Source: Pseudorhodoplanes sp.
GTDB taxonomy: Bacteria; Pseudomonadota; Alphaproteobacteria; Rhizobiales; Xanthobacteraceae
Assembly (NCBI GenBank): GCA_035548355.1
Contig: DASZTD010000005.1
Location: 2,241-66,240, forward strand
Direction of reading: 5' to 3'
DNA: 64,000 nucleotides
Of the stretch, positions 1-9,616 are shown piece after piece. The notes beneath the pieces were generated by a model, which was not told where the DNA came from, did no database searches, and saw nothing but the letters and a program-made list of their open reading frames with translations. The stretch's first letter is position 1. Every line of letters starts with the position of its first letter. Both the position numbers and the translations under genes were made by a program.

Positions 1-1
1 G

Positions 2-172
2 GAGGCGATGCTGCCGCAGGTGACGGCCATCGTCCTGCCGGACATGCCGAACTCGATCGCTCCCCTGGTCTATGCCATCCCGGTCCAGCTTCTCGCCTAT
101 CACGCGGCCGTCAGCCTTGGAACCGACGTGGACCAGCCTCGCAATCTTGCAAAGTCGGTCACGGTTGAGTAA
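2..172 (+). CDS. glmS: Glutamine--fructose-6-phosphate aminotransferase, C-terminal fragment (runs off window start)
   Basis: Manual translation ...[36 protein letters not shown]; [11 protein letters not shown] is the conserved GlmS C-terminus. Confidence 0.95.
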   Translation, partial: EAMLPQVTAIVLPDMPNSIAPLVYAIPVQLLAYHAAVSLGTDVDQPRNLAKSVTVE

Positions 173-282
173 CCGCGGCAGCAGACAGGGCGGCCGGGCA
201 TAGGATCGCCGCGCCGGCCGCTCTATATTTCTATATTATTGCATATCGCGGCCAAACCGACTCGAACCTCGCGTAATCCTCG

Positions 283-1053
283 ATGACGACCGAAACGCCT
301 CCGCAGCAGCCTGCCGACATTCTCGAGGTCGATCAGCCGCCTTCGGGTTTCGGCGCCCGCATCCGCAACTATTTCCTGACCGGCCTCGTGGTGGCGGGGC
401 CGCTCGCGGTGACCGCTTGGCTCGTGTGGTCCTTCGTCACCTGGGTGGACAACCTGGTGCGGCCGCTCATCCCCGACATCTACCGGCCGGAGACCTATCT
501 GCCCTGGCAGATCCCGGGATCGGGGCTGGTGATCGCCTTCTTCGCACTGACCCTGCTTGGCTTCCTCACCGCCAATCTCGTCGGGCGCACGCTGCTCCAG
601 CTCAGCGAAAGCGTGCTCGACCGCATGCCGATCGTGCGGCCGATCTACAAGACGGTGAAGCAGGTCTTCACCATGCTGTTCTCGAAATCGGGAACGAGCT
701 TCCGCAAGGTCGGGCTGGTCGAGTTTCCGGCTCCGGGCATGTGGTCGCTCGTATTCCTGTCGCAGCCGCCGGGTCCGGATGTGGCGGCGCGGTTGCCGGA
801 GGGCGACGACCAGATCTCGGTCTTTCTGCCATGCACGCCGAACCCGACGACCGGCTTCTTCTTTTTCCTTCCGCGCCGCATGATCATCGAGCTGGACATT
901 CCGGTCGAGGCGGCGGCGACGCTGCTGATGTCGGCGGGGATGGTGCAGCCGGGCGGCGGCAACGCCGATCAGCAGAAGCTCGCCTCGCTCGCCGCAACCG
1001 CGCGCGCGGCGCAGAGCGCGCGGGCAAAGCCGCAGACCGAGCAGGTGCCGTGA
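283..1053 (+). CDS. DUF502 family membrane protein
   Basis: RNYFLTGLVVAGPLAVT, two TM segments, VFLPCTPNPTTGF motif; usual position after glmS. Confidence 0.88.
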   Translation: MTTETPPQQPADILEVDQPPSGFGARIRNYFLTGLVVAGPLAVTAWLVWSFVTWVDNLVRPLIPDIYRPETYLPWQIPGSGLVIAFFALTLLGFLTANLVGRTLLQLSESVLDRMPIVRPIYKTVKQVFTMLFSKSGTSFRKVGLVEFPAPGMWSLVFLSQPPGPDVAARLPEGDDQISVFLPCTPNPTTGFFFFLPRRMIIELDIPVEAAATLLMSAGMVQPGGGNADQQKLASLAATARAAQSARAKPQTEQVP

Positions 1054-1077
1054 GCTTGGCGGCGGGGGCGAGGGCAA

Positions 1078-1440
1078 ATGAATTTCTTCGACGCGATCCG
1101 GTCCGTGCTGACGAATTACGTTACCTTTTCCGGCAGGGCCTGCCGCTCGGAATACTGGTATTGGGTCCTCTTTGCCGTCATCGCAAGCGCGGTGCTCAAC
1201 GTTCTCGATGCCGCAATCTTCAACGCGGACAAGGGCCCGCTGCAGGCCGTGTTCGCAATCGTCACGCTTCTTCCCGCGCTGGCGGTGGCCGTCCGCAGGC
1301 TTCACGACATCGACCGCGCCGGCTGGTGGCTTCTGATCACCTTCACGATCGTCGGCGTCTTTCTGCTGCTCTACTGGGCTTGCCTGAAAGGCACGCAGGG
1401 GCCGAACCGGTTCGGCTCCGATCCGCTCGCCCGCGCGTGA
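1078..1440 (+). CDS. DUF805 (YhaH-like) inner membrane protein
   Basis: FSGRACRSEYW, RRLHDIDRAGWW, GPNRFG motifs. Confidence 0.9.
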   Translation: MNFFDAIRSVLTNYVTFSGRACRSEYWYWVLFAVIASAVLNVLDAAIFNADKGPLQAVFAIVTLLPALAVAVRRLHDIDRAGWWLLITFTIVGVFLLLYWACLKGTQGPNRFGSDPLARA

Positions 1441-1443
1441 CCG

Positions 1444-3555
1444 TCAGCCGGCTCTGATAAGGCGCACGGCCTCGTCGCGCTCGAACAGGTAGAGCAGGTG
1501 CCGCAGCGCCTCCCCGCGCGCGCTGGAGAGGTGCGGATCGCGCGCCAGGATCAGCGCCGCGTCGTCGCGCGCCGCCGCCAGCATGTCCGCGTGCACGGCG
1601 AGCCGTGCGATACGGAAACCCGGGTCGCCGCTCTGGCGGGTGCCGAGCACGTCGCCTTCGCCGCGCAGCTTCAGATCCTCCTCGGCGATGCGGAAGCCGT
1701 CCTCGGTCTCGCGCATGATGGCGAGGCGCGCCTTCGCCGTCTCCCCGAGCGGGGGCTTGTAAAGCAGCAGGCAGGTGGACCGCGCTTCGCCGCGTCCGAT
1801 GCGTCCGCGTAGCTGGTGAAGCTGCGCCAGCCCGAAACGCTCGGCATGTTCGATGACCATCACCGTCGCCTCGGGCACGTCGACGCCGACTTCGATCACG
1901 GTCGTCGCGACGAGCAGCCGGCTTTCGCCGCGCGCGAAGCGAGCCATCGCCGCATCCTTGTCGGCCCCGCGCATTCGGCCGTGCACGAGATCGACCCGCT
2001 CGCCGAACCGCCGCTGCAGCGACGCGAACCGCTCCTGCGCCGCGGCGAGATCGCCGGTTTCCGATTCCTCGACCAGCGGACACACCCAATACACGCGCTG
2101 GCCCTCGTCGATCGCGCGGCCCACCGCATCGACGGTTTCCGCGAGGCGGTCGAGCGGGATGGCGCGGGTGTCGATCGGCTTGCGCCCGGCCGGCTTTTCA
2201 CGCAGTTCCGAGACGTCCATGTCGCCGAAATAGGTCAGCACCAGCGTGCGCGGGATCGGGGTTGCGGTCATCACCAGCACATCGACGGCCTCCCCCTTGC
2301 GCGCGAGCGCGAGGCGTTGATGCACGCCGAAGCGGTGTTGCTCGTCCACGACCGCGAGCCCGAGATCCTTGAACGCAACCTCGTCCTGGAACAGCGCGTG
2401 CGTGCCGACAATAAGATCGAGTTCTCCGCGCGCGAGCTTGCCGAGAATGTGCTCGCGCGCGGCGCCGCGTTCGCGGCCGGTCAGGATCGCGGCGCGGATT
2501 CCGGCAGCTTCGGCGAGCGGGGCGATGGTTTTCATGTGCTGACGGGCGAGAATTTCGGTGGGCGCCATGAGCGCGGCCTGTCGTCCCGCCTCGATGACGG
2601 CGGCGGCCGCGAGCAGGGCGACGACCGTCTTGCCCGAGCCGACATCGCCCTGAAGCATGCGCAGCATCCGCTGCGGTTTGGCGAGATCGGCCACGATCGC
2701 GTCGAGCGCGGCGCGCTGGGAAAGGGTCAGCGAATAGGGAAGGGCGGCGGCGATCGCCTTGCGCAGACGGCCGTCGCCGGCGCTACCGCGACCGGACTGA
2801 CGCCGCAGGTGGGCGCGAACCAGCGCCAGCGCCACCTGGCCGGCGAGCAGTTCGTCGTAGGCAAGCCGCGCCCAGGCGGCACCGGCGGGTCCGATATCGC
2901 CGGGGGCCGCCGGCCGATGCAGCGCGGCGAGCGCTGCCCTGAAAGAAGGAAATCCTCTCTCGTTGAGCCACGCCGTGTCCTGCCATTCGGGCAGGTCAGG
3001 GACGGCGGCGAGCGCGGCCTCCGCCGCGCGCCGCACCTGGCTGGCGTGCAGGCCTTCGGTCAGCGGATAAACGGGCTCGATCAGTGGGAGGCCGGCGAGG
3101 CCGGCCGCGTCAACCACGCGATCGGGATGCACCATCTGCAACATCCCGTCATAGAGCTGCGCGGTGCCGGACACGTAGCGCGTCTCGCCGATCGGCAGCG
3201 CCTTTTCCAGCAATTCCTTGCGGCCGTGGAAATAGGTGAGGACGATATCGCCAGTGTCGTCGCTGGCGTAGACCAGATACGGCACGCGCCCGCGCCCGGG
3301 CGGCGGCGGCCGATGGCGGTCGATCGTCACCTCGACGGTGACCACGGTGCCCGGCACCACGTCGCGCAATTTCGGGCGCGCGCGGCGGTCGATCGCGCCA
3401 GTCGGCAGGTGGAACAGGATATCCACGACGCGCGCCTCGTCCTCGCGGCCGAACAGGCGGCGAAAGAGCTTCTCCACCTTCGGGCCGACGCCCGGCAGGG
3501 TGCGGATCGAGGCAAAAAAGGGCGAGAGGAGCGTGGGGCGCATCGGGCGTGACAT
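1444..3555 (-). CDS. recG: ATP-dependent DNA helicase RecG
   Basis: QGDVGSGKT, DEQHRFGV, MTATPIPRTL, QLHQLRGRIGRG; 703 aa. Confidence 0.97.
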   Translation of the reverse strand: MSRPMRPTLLSPFFASIRTLPGVGPKVEKLFRRLFGREDEARVVDILFHLPTGAIDRRARPKLRDVVPGTVVTVEVTIDRHRPPPPGRGRVPYLVYASDDTGDIVLTYFHGRKELLEKALPIGETRYVSGTAQLYDGMLQMVHPDRVVDAAGLAGLPLIEPVYPLTEGLHASQVRRAAEAALAAVPDLPEWQDTAWLNERGFPSFRAALAALHRPAAPGDIGPAGAAWARLAYDELLAGQVALALVRAHLRRQSGRGSAGDGRLRKAIAAALPYSLTLSQRAALDAIVADLAKPQRMLRMLQGDVGSGKTVVALLAAAAVIEAGRQAALMAPTEILARQHMKTIAPLAEAAGIRAAILTGRERGAAREHILGKLARGELDLIVGTHALFQDEVAFKDLGLAVVDEQHRFGVHQRLALARKGEAVDVLVMTATPIPRTLVLTYFGDMDVSELREKPAGRKPIDTRAIPLDRLAETVDAVGRAIDEGQRVYWVCPLVEESETGDLAAAQERFASLQRRFGERVDLVHGRMRGADKDAAMARFARGESRLLVATTVIEVGVDVPEATVMVIEHAERFGLAQLHQLRGRIGRGEARSTCLLLYKPPLGETAKARLAIMRETEDGFRIAEEDLKLRGEGDVLGTRQSGDPGFRIARLAVHADMLAAARDDAALILARDPHLSSARGEALRHLLYLFERDEAVRLIRAG

Positions 3556-3752
3556 TAGCGCGTTTCATTTCGTCCCGCTTCCGCGGGCGCCCCGGGCGAA
3601 CGCGGATTTGCCCGCGGCGCTTCACCTTTGCTTCCGCGCTGACCGTAGAGCTGCCTTCCTAGGGGAAGGAAATGACTGACAAATCGCAACGACCGCTTAT
3701 ATAAAGCATCGCCCGGCCCGTCCGGGCTTTTGGCGTTGCGCAGCGAGGAAAA

Positions 3753-4043
3753 ATGACTGGCTCCATGCGGTCGAGCGAAGGTTTGGACGAAAGGCGGCGG
3801 CGCCTGCTGTTCCGCTCCTGGCATCGCGGCATCCGGGAAACCGATCTGCTGCTCGGCCGATTCGCCGACGCGCATATCGCTTCGCTGAGCGAGGCCGAGC
3901 TTGCCATTTACGAGCGCCTGCTCGAGGTGCCCGATCACGATCTTTATTTGTGGGTGACGGGCGACGGCGGCGCCCCGCAGGAACATGACACCGCGCTGTT
4001 GCGCAGCCTGCGCGCCTTCCACCGCGGGATGAAGGTGAGCTGA
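3753..4043 (+). CDS. sdhE: Succinate dehydrogenase flavin assembly factor (SdhE/Sdh5)
   Basis: RRRRLLFRSWHRGIRETDLLLG; conserved recG-sdhE-mfd order. Confidence 0.9.
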   Translation: MTGSMRSSEGLDERRRRLLFRSWHRGIRETDLLLGRFADAHIASLSEAELAIYERLLEVPDHDLYLWVTGDGGAPQEHDTALLRSLRAFHRGMKVS

Positions 4044-7000
4044 TGGCGCCTTCTCCGGCCGACAGTCTCAAGGCGGGGCGGCCGCTGACGCTCGCCGGCG
4101 TCGCCGACGGCGCGGAAGGGCTCGTGCTCGGCGATCTCGCGCGCGCGATTGCTGCGCGGCCGGATGCGCCCTCCGTCAGCCTCGTGGCGATCTGCCGCGA
4201 CGCGCCGCGCATGGCGGCGCTGGCGCGGGGGCTTGCCTTCTTCGCTCCCGATGTCGCGACGATCGAATTTCCCGCCTGGGACTGCCTGCCTTACGACCGC
4301 GTGTCGCCGCATGGCGCCATACTCGCCCAGCGCATGACCACGCTGTCGCGGCTTGCGCATGTGCAGGGGCGCGACCGGCCCTCGATCCTCCTGACCACCG
4401 TCAACGCCATCGTGCAGCGCGTTCCGCCGAAAAGGACGTTGGCCGGACAGACGCTGTCCGCCGCGCCCGGCAATGTCCTCGGCATGGAGAATATCGTCGG
4501 CTGGCTCGAGCTGAACGGCTTCGTGCGCACATCGACGGTGCGCGAGCCCGGCGAATATGCCGTGCGCGGCGGCATTCTCGATCTTTTCCCCCCCGGCCTC
4601 GACGACCCGGTGCGGCTCGATTTTTTCGGCGACCAGCTCGAAACGATCCGCAGCTTCGACACCGACAGCCAGCGCACGATGGGGGAATTGCGCCATCTCG
4701 ATCTCGTCCCGGCGGCGGAATTTCAGCTCACCACGGAAACGATCGGCCGCTTCCGCACCGGCTATGTCGCCGCGTTCGGCGCGCCCTCGCGCGACGATCT
4801 CCTGTACGAGGCGATCAGCGAGGGCCGCAAATATGCGGGCATGGAGCATTGGCTGCCGCTGTTCCACGAGCGTCTCGATACGCTGTTCGACTACGTGCCG
4901 GGCTCGCCGATCGCGATCGAGCCGCTGTCGGAGGACGCCGCACACGAACGTTTCGCCCAGATCGCCGACTATTATGAGGCGCGCCGCAATCCGCTCGATG
5001 CCGGATCGGGAGTGCCCTACCATCCGCTGCCGCCGGAGCGGCTTTATCTGACCGAGGACGAGTGGAAGCGCCGGCTCGGTGCGACGGCGGTTGCGCGCAT
5101 CACCCAATTCCTCGTGCCCGACGCCGGCGACACGATCGAGATCGGTGCGCGGCAGGGCCGCAACTTTTCCGCCGAGCGCGCCGAACCGAACGCCAATGTC
5201 TTCGATGCCGTCGGCAAGCATGTCGCCGCGCTGCAGGAGCAGGGCAAGCGGGTAACGATCGCGCTGTGGAGCGAGGGCGCGCGCGAGCGCATGAGCCACG
5301 TGCTGCGCGACCACGGGCTTGCCAATCTCGCCAATGTCGGCTCTTGGCGCGAGGCGCTTTCGCGACCGAAGCCGGAAGTGTCGCTGGCGATCCTCGGCAT
5401 CGAATCCGGATTCGAGACGGCGGATGCGGCGATCATCAGCGAACAGGACATCCTCGGTGACCGGCTCGTGCGCCGGCGCAAGTCGGCCAAGCGGGCGGAG
5501 AATTTCATCGCCGAGGCGACCGCGCTCTCAGCCGGCGATCTCGTGGTTCATGTCGATCACGGCATCGGGCGCTTCGCCGGCCTGAAAACGATCGAAGCGG
5601 CGGGGGCGCCGCACGATTGTCTTGAAATCCGCTACGCCGACGACAACAAGCTCTATCTGCCGGTCGAGAATATCGAGCTTCTCTCCCGCTACGGTTCGGA
5701 GGAGGCGGGCGCGCAGCTCGACCGGCTCGGCGGCGGGGCGTGGCAGGCGCGCAAGGCGCGCATGAAAAGCCGCATCCGCGAGATGGCGCATGAGCTGCTC
5801 AAGGTTGCCGCCGAACGGCAGCTTCGCGAGGCGCCGCGGCTCTCCGTGGAGCCCGGCCTATACGACGAATTCTGCGCCGGCTTCCCCTACGAGGAGACGG
5901 AAGACCAACAGGCGGCGATCGACGCCGTGCTCAAAGACCTCGACGCGGGGCGGCCGATGGACCGGCTGGTCTGCGGCGATGTCGGCTTCGGCAAGACGGA
6001 GGTCGCGCTGCGCGCGGCTTTCGTCGCGGCGATGGGCGGAAAGCAGGTCGCCGTGGTCGTGCCGACCACGCTGCTCGCGCGGCAGCACTTCAAAACCTTT
6101 AGCGAACGTTTCCGGCATTTCCCGGTTAAGGTCGCGCTCGCCTCGCGTCTGGTGTCCAATACCGAGATGGCGAAGACAAAGGCGGCGCTCGCCTCCGGAG
6201 AGCTCAACATCGTCGTCGGCACGCATGCGCTGCTGGGCCGCGGGGTGAGGTTCAAGGACCTCGGCCTGATCGTCATCGACGAGGAGCAGCATTTCGGCGT
6301 CGCGCACAAGGAAAAGCTGAAACAGTTGCGGGCGGAGGTGCACGTGCTGACGCTGACGGCGACGCCGATCCCGCGCACGCTCCAGCTCGCGCTGACCGGC
6401 GTGCGCGACCTGTCGATCATCGCTTCGCCTCCCGTGGACCGGCTCGCGGTGCGGACCTTCGTCTCGCCGTTCGATCCGCTCGTGGTGCGCGAGGCGCTGC
6501 TTCGCGAACGCTATCGCGGCGGGCAATCCTTCTATGTCTGTCCTCGCATCGAGGATCTCGCCGGCGTCAAGGATTTCCTCGACAAGAACGTGCCGGAGGT
6601 GAAGGTCGCGGTGGCGCACGGGCAGATGGCCGGGACCATGCTCGAGGACATCATGTCCGCCTTTTACGACGGCAAATACGACGTGCTGCTCTCGACGACG
6701 ATCATCGAATCCGGCCTCGACATTCCGACTGCCAATACGCTGATCGTCCATCGCGCGGATCGTTTCGGCCTCGCCCAGCTCTACCAGCTTCGCGGCCGGG
6801 TGGGGCGCGCCAAGCTGCGCGCCTATGCGCTGTTCTCGCTGCCGGAGAAGAAGCGCATCACCGCGCAGGCCGAGCGGCGGCTGAAAGTACTGCAATCGCT
6901 CGATACGCTCGGCGCGGGCTTTCAGCTCGCCTCGCACGATCTCGATATCCGCGGCGCCGGCAACCTGCTCGGCGAAGAACAGTCCGGCCACATCAAGGAA

Positions 7001-7543
7001 GTCGGTTTCGAGCTTTACCAACAGATGCTGGAGGAAGCGGTGATGTCGCTGAAGGCCGGCATCAGGGAGCCGGTGGCGGACCGCTGGTCGCCGCAGATCA
7101 CGATCGGCATGCCGGTGCTGATCCCCGACCATTATGTGGCCGATCTATCGGTCCGGCTTTCGCTCTATCGCCGGCTGGCCGAAATCGATGACGAGCGGGA
7201 GATCGAGCCGTTCGCCGCCGAGCTCGTCGATCGGTTCGGACGCATGCCCGAGGAAACCGAGCATCTGCTCAAGATCGTCGCCATCAAGGCGTTGTGCCGC
7301 AAGGCCAATGTCGAGAAGGTCGATACCGGCCCGAAGGGCGCGGTGCTGTCCTTCCGCGACAACACCTTCGCCAATCCGGAGGCGCTGCTGCGCTTCATTG
7401 CCGGGCATGACGACGCCAAGGTGCGGCCGGACATGAAGGTCGTCTTCTTCGAGGATTGGGAGAATCCGGAGCAGCGGCTCGCCGGCACCGCGGCGATCCT
7501 GCGCGAACTGGTCAAGCTCGTGCAGCCGGCGAAAGCCGCCTAG
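4043..7543 (+). CDS. mfd: Transcription-repair coupling factor
   Basis: CGDVGFGKTEVA, DEEQHFGV, HDLDIRGAGNLLG; 1166 aa. Confidence 0.97.
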   Translation: MAPSPADSLKAGRPLTLAGVADGAEGLVLGDLARAIAARPDAPSVSLVAICRDAPRMAALARGLAFFAPDVATIEFPAWDCLPYDRVSPHGAILAQRMTTLSRLAHVQGRDRPSILLTTVNAIVQRVPPKRTLAGQTLSAAPGNVLGMENIVGWLELNGFVRTSTVREPGEYAVRGGILDLFPPGLDDPVRLDFFGDQLETIRSFDTDSQRTMGELRHLDLVPAAEFQLTTETIGRFRTGYVAAFGAPSRDDLLYEAISEGRKYAGMEHWLPLFHERLDTLFDYVPGSPIAIEPLSEDAAHERFAQIADYYEARRNPLDAGSGVPYHPLPPERLYLTEDEWKRRLGATAVARITQFLVPDAGDTIEIGARQGRNFSAERAEPNANVFDAVGKHVAALQEQGKRVTIALWSEGARERMSHVLRDHGLANLANVGSWREALSRPKPEVSLAILGIESGFETADAAIISEQDILGDRLVRRRKSAKRAENFIAEATALSAGDLVVHVDHGIGRFAGLKTIEAAGAPHDCLEIRYADDNKLYLPVENIELLSRYGSEEAGAQLDRLGGGAWQARKARMKSRIREMAHELLKVAAERQLREAPRLSVEPGLYDEFCAGFPYEETEDQQAAIDAVLKDLDAGRPMDRLVCGDVGFGKTEVALRAAFVAAMGGKQVAVVVPTTLLARQHFKTFSERFRHFPVKVALASRLVSNTEMAKTKAALASGELNIVVGTHALLGRGVRFKDLGLIVIDEEQHFGVAHKEKLKQLRAEVHVLTLTATPIPRTLQLALTGVRDLSIIASPPVDRLAVRTFVSPFDPLVVREALLRERYRGGQSFYVCPRIEDLAGVKDFLDKNVPEVKVAVAHGQMAGTMLEDIMSAFYDGKYDVLLSTTIIESGLDIPTANTLIVHRADRFGLAQLYQLRGRVGRAKLRAYALFSLPEKKRITAQAERRLKVLQSLDTLGAGFQLASHDLDIRGAGNLLGEEQSGHIKEVGFELYQQMLEEAVMSLKAGIREPVADRWSPQITIGMPVLIPDHYVADLSVRLSLYRRLAEIDDEREIEPFAAELVDRFGRMPEETEHLLKIVAIKALCRKANVEKVDTGPKGAVLSFRDNTFANPEALLRFIAGHDDAKVRPDMKVVFFEDWENPEQRLAGTAAILRELVKLVQPAKAA

Positions 7544-7566
7544 CGCCCCCGCGCGATGATGCACTG

Positions 7567-8226
7567 CTATTGCGCGGCCTGCGCAGCCTCGCGCCGCGTC
7601 GCCTCGCCCGCCGCCCGCTCGATGGCCCCGGCCAGATATTCGGGCGCCTGCGCGCCCGACACGGCGAGGATGCCGCCGAAGATGAAGCAGGGCACGCCGT
7701 CGATGCCGGCTTCCTTCGCCGCTTCTGCTTCCATCGTGACGCGCTCGATATCGGCATCGGTCGCAAGCCGCGCCTCGATCTCGGCGCGGTCGAGGCCGCA
7801 ATCGGCCGCCGCCTGAACGAGAACGGCCTTGTCGGTCAGGTCGCCGCCCTCGGTGAAATACAGATCCATGAGGCGCTGCTTCATACGCGCGGCGTCGCGG
7901 CCCGCCCATGCGATCAGCCGATGGCAGTCGGTCGTGTTGGGCTGCCGCGCGATGCGGTCGGGATTGTACACGAGCCCTTCCTGCGCCGCGGCCGCGACGA
8001 TGCGCTGGGCGATCTCCCGGTACCGTTCGGCCGAGCCGAATTTCCTGGTGAGGTATTCCACGCGGCTCATGCCTTCACGCGGAACCCAGTCGTTGAGAAA
8101 ATAGGGGCGGTAGCGCACCTCGACCGCGATGTCAGGCTTCAGCGCCAGCGCCTTTTCCAGCCGCCGCTTGCCTATAAAGCACCACGGACAGACCACGTCG
8201 GACACGACATCGATCGCAAGCGTCAT
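7567..8226 (-). CDS. DsbA family oxidoreductase (FrnE-like)
   Basis: DVVSDVVCPWCFIGKRRL and GVPCF cis-Pro loop. Confidence 0.9.
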   Translation of the reverse strand: MTLAIDVVSDVVCPWCFIGKRRLEKALALKPDIAVEVRYRPYFLNDWVPREGMSRVEYLTRKFGSAERYREIAQRIVAAAAQEGLVYNPDRIARQPNTTDCHRLIAWAGRDAARMKQRLMDLYFTEGGDLTDKAVLVQAAADCGLDRAEIEARLATDADIERVTMEAEAAKEAGIDGVPCFIFGGILAVSGAQAPEYLAGAIERAAGEATRREAAQAAQ

Positions 8227-8268
8227 GGCGGAACCCTTTCTGTTCCGCCTAACCTATGTGTCCGGCCT

Positions 8269-9516
8269 TCAAGCCGCAATCTGGGGGGCGAGCACGCGCG
8301 TCAGCAGCGAGACGACGTTGTCGGAGGGCTTGCGCGCGGTGAGGGTAACCTGCGGGGCGAGGGCGGGATGCTGTCCGCCGCTCAGCATCGTCTGCTTGAG
8401 GATGCTCGCGAGCCTGCGCGCCACGACATGGGCGTGCTGCAGATCGGTTTCGGCGAAGGTCACGAGGATCGAGCCGTCATCCTGGCGGCAGCCGAAATCG
8501 CCGCCGCGCACCAGCCGGCTCAGCAGCCGTGCCGCGTCGAGATTGCCGCGTTCGTTCAAGTCGTCGGGGAACGAAAACCTCGCCACCGACAGGCCGACGC
8601 CACGCTCGTCGGCGGACTGGATCGCGCGCTCGAGTTCGCGGGTGAAATTCTCCGGCCGCAGCAGGCCGGTATCGGGGTCGATCATGCCTTCCTGTTCGAG
8701 CGACTGCAGCAGGCGCTTGAGCCGCGCCTCGAAGGCGTGCAGCCGCACATAGGGCAGGAGATGGGCGATCAGCAATTCCGGATCGGTGCCGACGACGATG
8801 TGCAGATCGTGCTCAAGCTCGATGCCGGGCTTGGCGAGAACGCCGATCGGCATGTCGCGGAAGCGGGTATCCTCGCCGAGCACCGTCAGAAGACTGTCGA
8901 CCGCCGTCGCCGAAAATCCGTCGCCGATGACCAGTCCGTCGGCGTCGCGTCCCTTGAGATAGCGCGCGGCGGTTTCGATGGTCAGCGCGCCGATCAGCCC
9001 GGCCTTCTCTCCGACCGGAAGCGTCAGCGCCGGATAGGTGCGGCCGCGCCCGGCAACGATCACGATGGCGTCGCCCAGCGGGTCGTTCCTCGGCACCGCC
9101 GGAACGGCATGGCCTTCGTCTCTCGCGATCTGCGAGCGGCGCAGGATCGCCGCATGCAGCGTGCGCACCCGCACTGCTCTCGACACCGCGTAGCATGTGG
9201 CCGATATGAGCGTGTTGTCGTGAACGGGTAACGCCTCGCGATAGGCGGGATGGGCGGTCTCGCGCAGGCGCGCGATCACCGGGATGATCGGTGTCGCCGC
9301 AGTGACCGTTTCGGCAAGCGCCCGGGCAAGGGAAGCATCTTCGGATGCCGTGGAGTCTGCGAGCACGACGGCTTCCGGCCGGGCCGCTTCAATGGCGGCG
9401 ATAGCATCGGAGGGCGCCGCCTCGATCACCGGGAAGGCGCCGGCCGCGGCCAGAGCGCCCACGAGCTTTTCGGAGGGTTTCTCGGCAACGACGACGAGCG
9501 AACCTTGAAGAGACAT
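8269..9516 (-). CDS. PleD/PopA-like protein: two degenerate receiver domains plus degenerate GGDEF domain with RxxD I-site
   Basis: IDPDTGLL (DxLTGL-like), RGGDFGCRQDDGSI aligning to RxxDxxxRxGGDEF; ATG at 9516 chosen. Confidence 0.7.
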   Translation of the reverse strand: MSLQGSLVVVAEKPSEKLVGALAAAGAFPVIEAAPSDAIAAIEAARPEAVVLADSTASEDASLARALAETVTAATPIIPVIARLRETAHPAYREALPVHDNTLISATCYAVSRAVRVRTLHAAILRRSQIARDEGHAVPAVPRNDPLGDAIVIVAGRGRTYPALTLPVGEKAGLIGALTIETAARYLKGRDADGLVIGDGFSATAVDSLLTVLGEDTRFRDMPIGVLAKPGIELEHDLHIVVGTDPELLIAHLLPYVRLHAFEARLKRLLQSLEQEGMIDPDTGLLRPENFTRELERAIQSADERGVGLSVARFSFPDDLNERGNLDAARLLSRLVRGGDFGCRQDDGSILVTFAETDLQHAHVVARRLASILKQTMLSGGQHPALAPQVTLTARKPSDNVVSLLTRVLAPQIAA

Positions 9517-9567
9517 CGGACCTGCTGCGACTGGGATTTCAATCACGCAAGCATAGGCCGTGCCGAC

Positions 9568-9583
9568 TTAATGACGGGTCAAC
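9568..9583. promoter_or_regulatory. Putative CtrA-binding box upstream of the GGDEF-like gene
   Basis: TTAA-tgacggg-TCAAC (one mismatch to TTAA-N7-TTAA); additional GTTAAC half-site at 9605-9610. Confidence 0.45.
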
Positions 9584-9616
9584 GCGATCGCTGAGTTTTG
9601 GCGCGTTAACGATATA

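Noticed and set aside
221-242. CTATATT direct repeat upstream of the DUF502 gene
   Set aside because: Short AT-rich element most simply a -10 promoter region; no further structure
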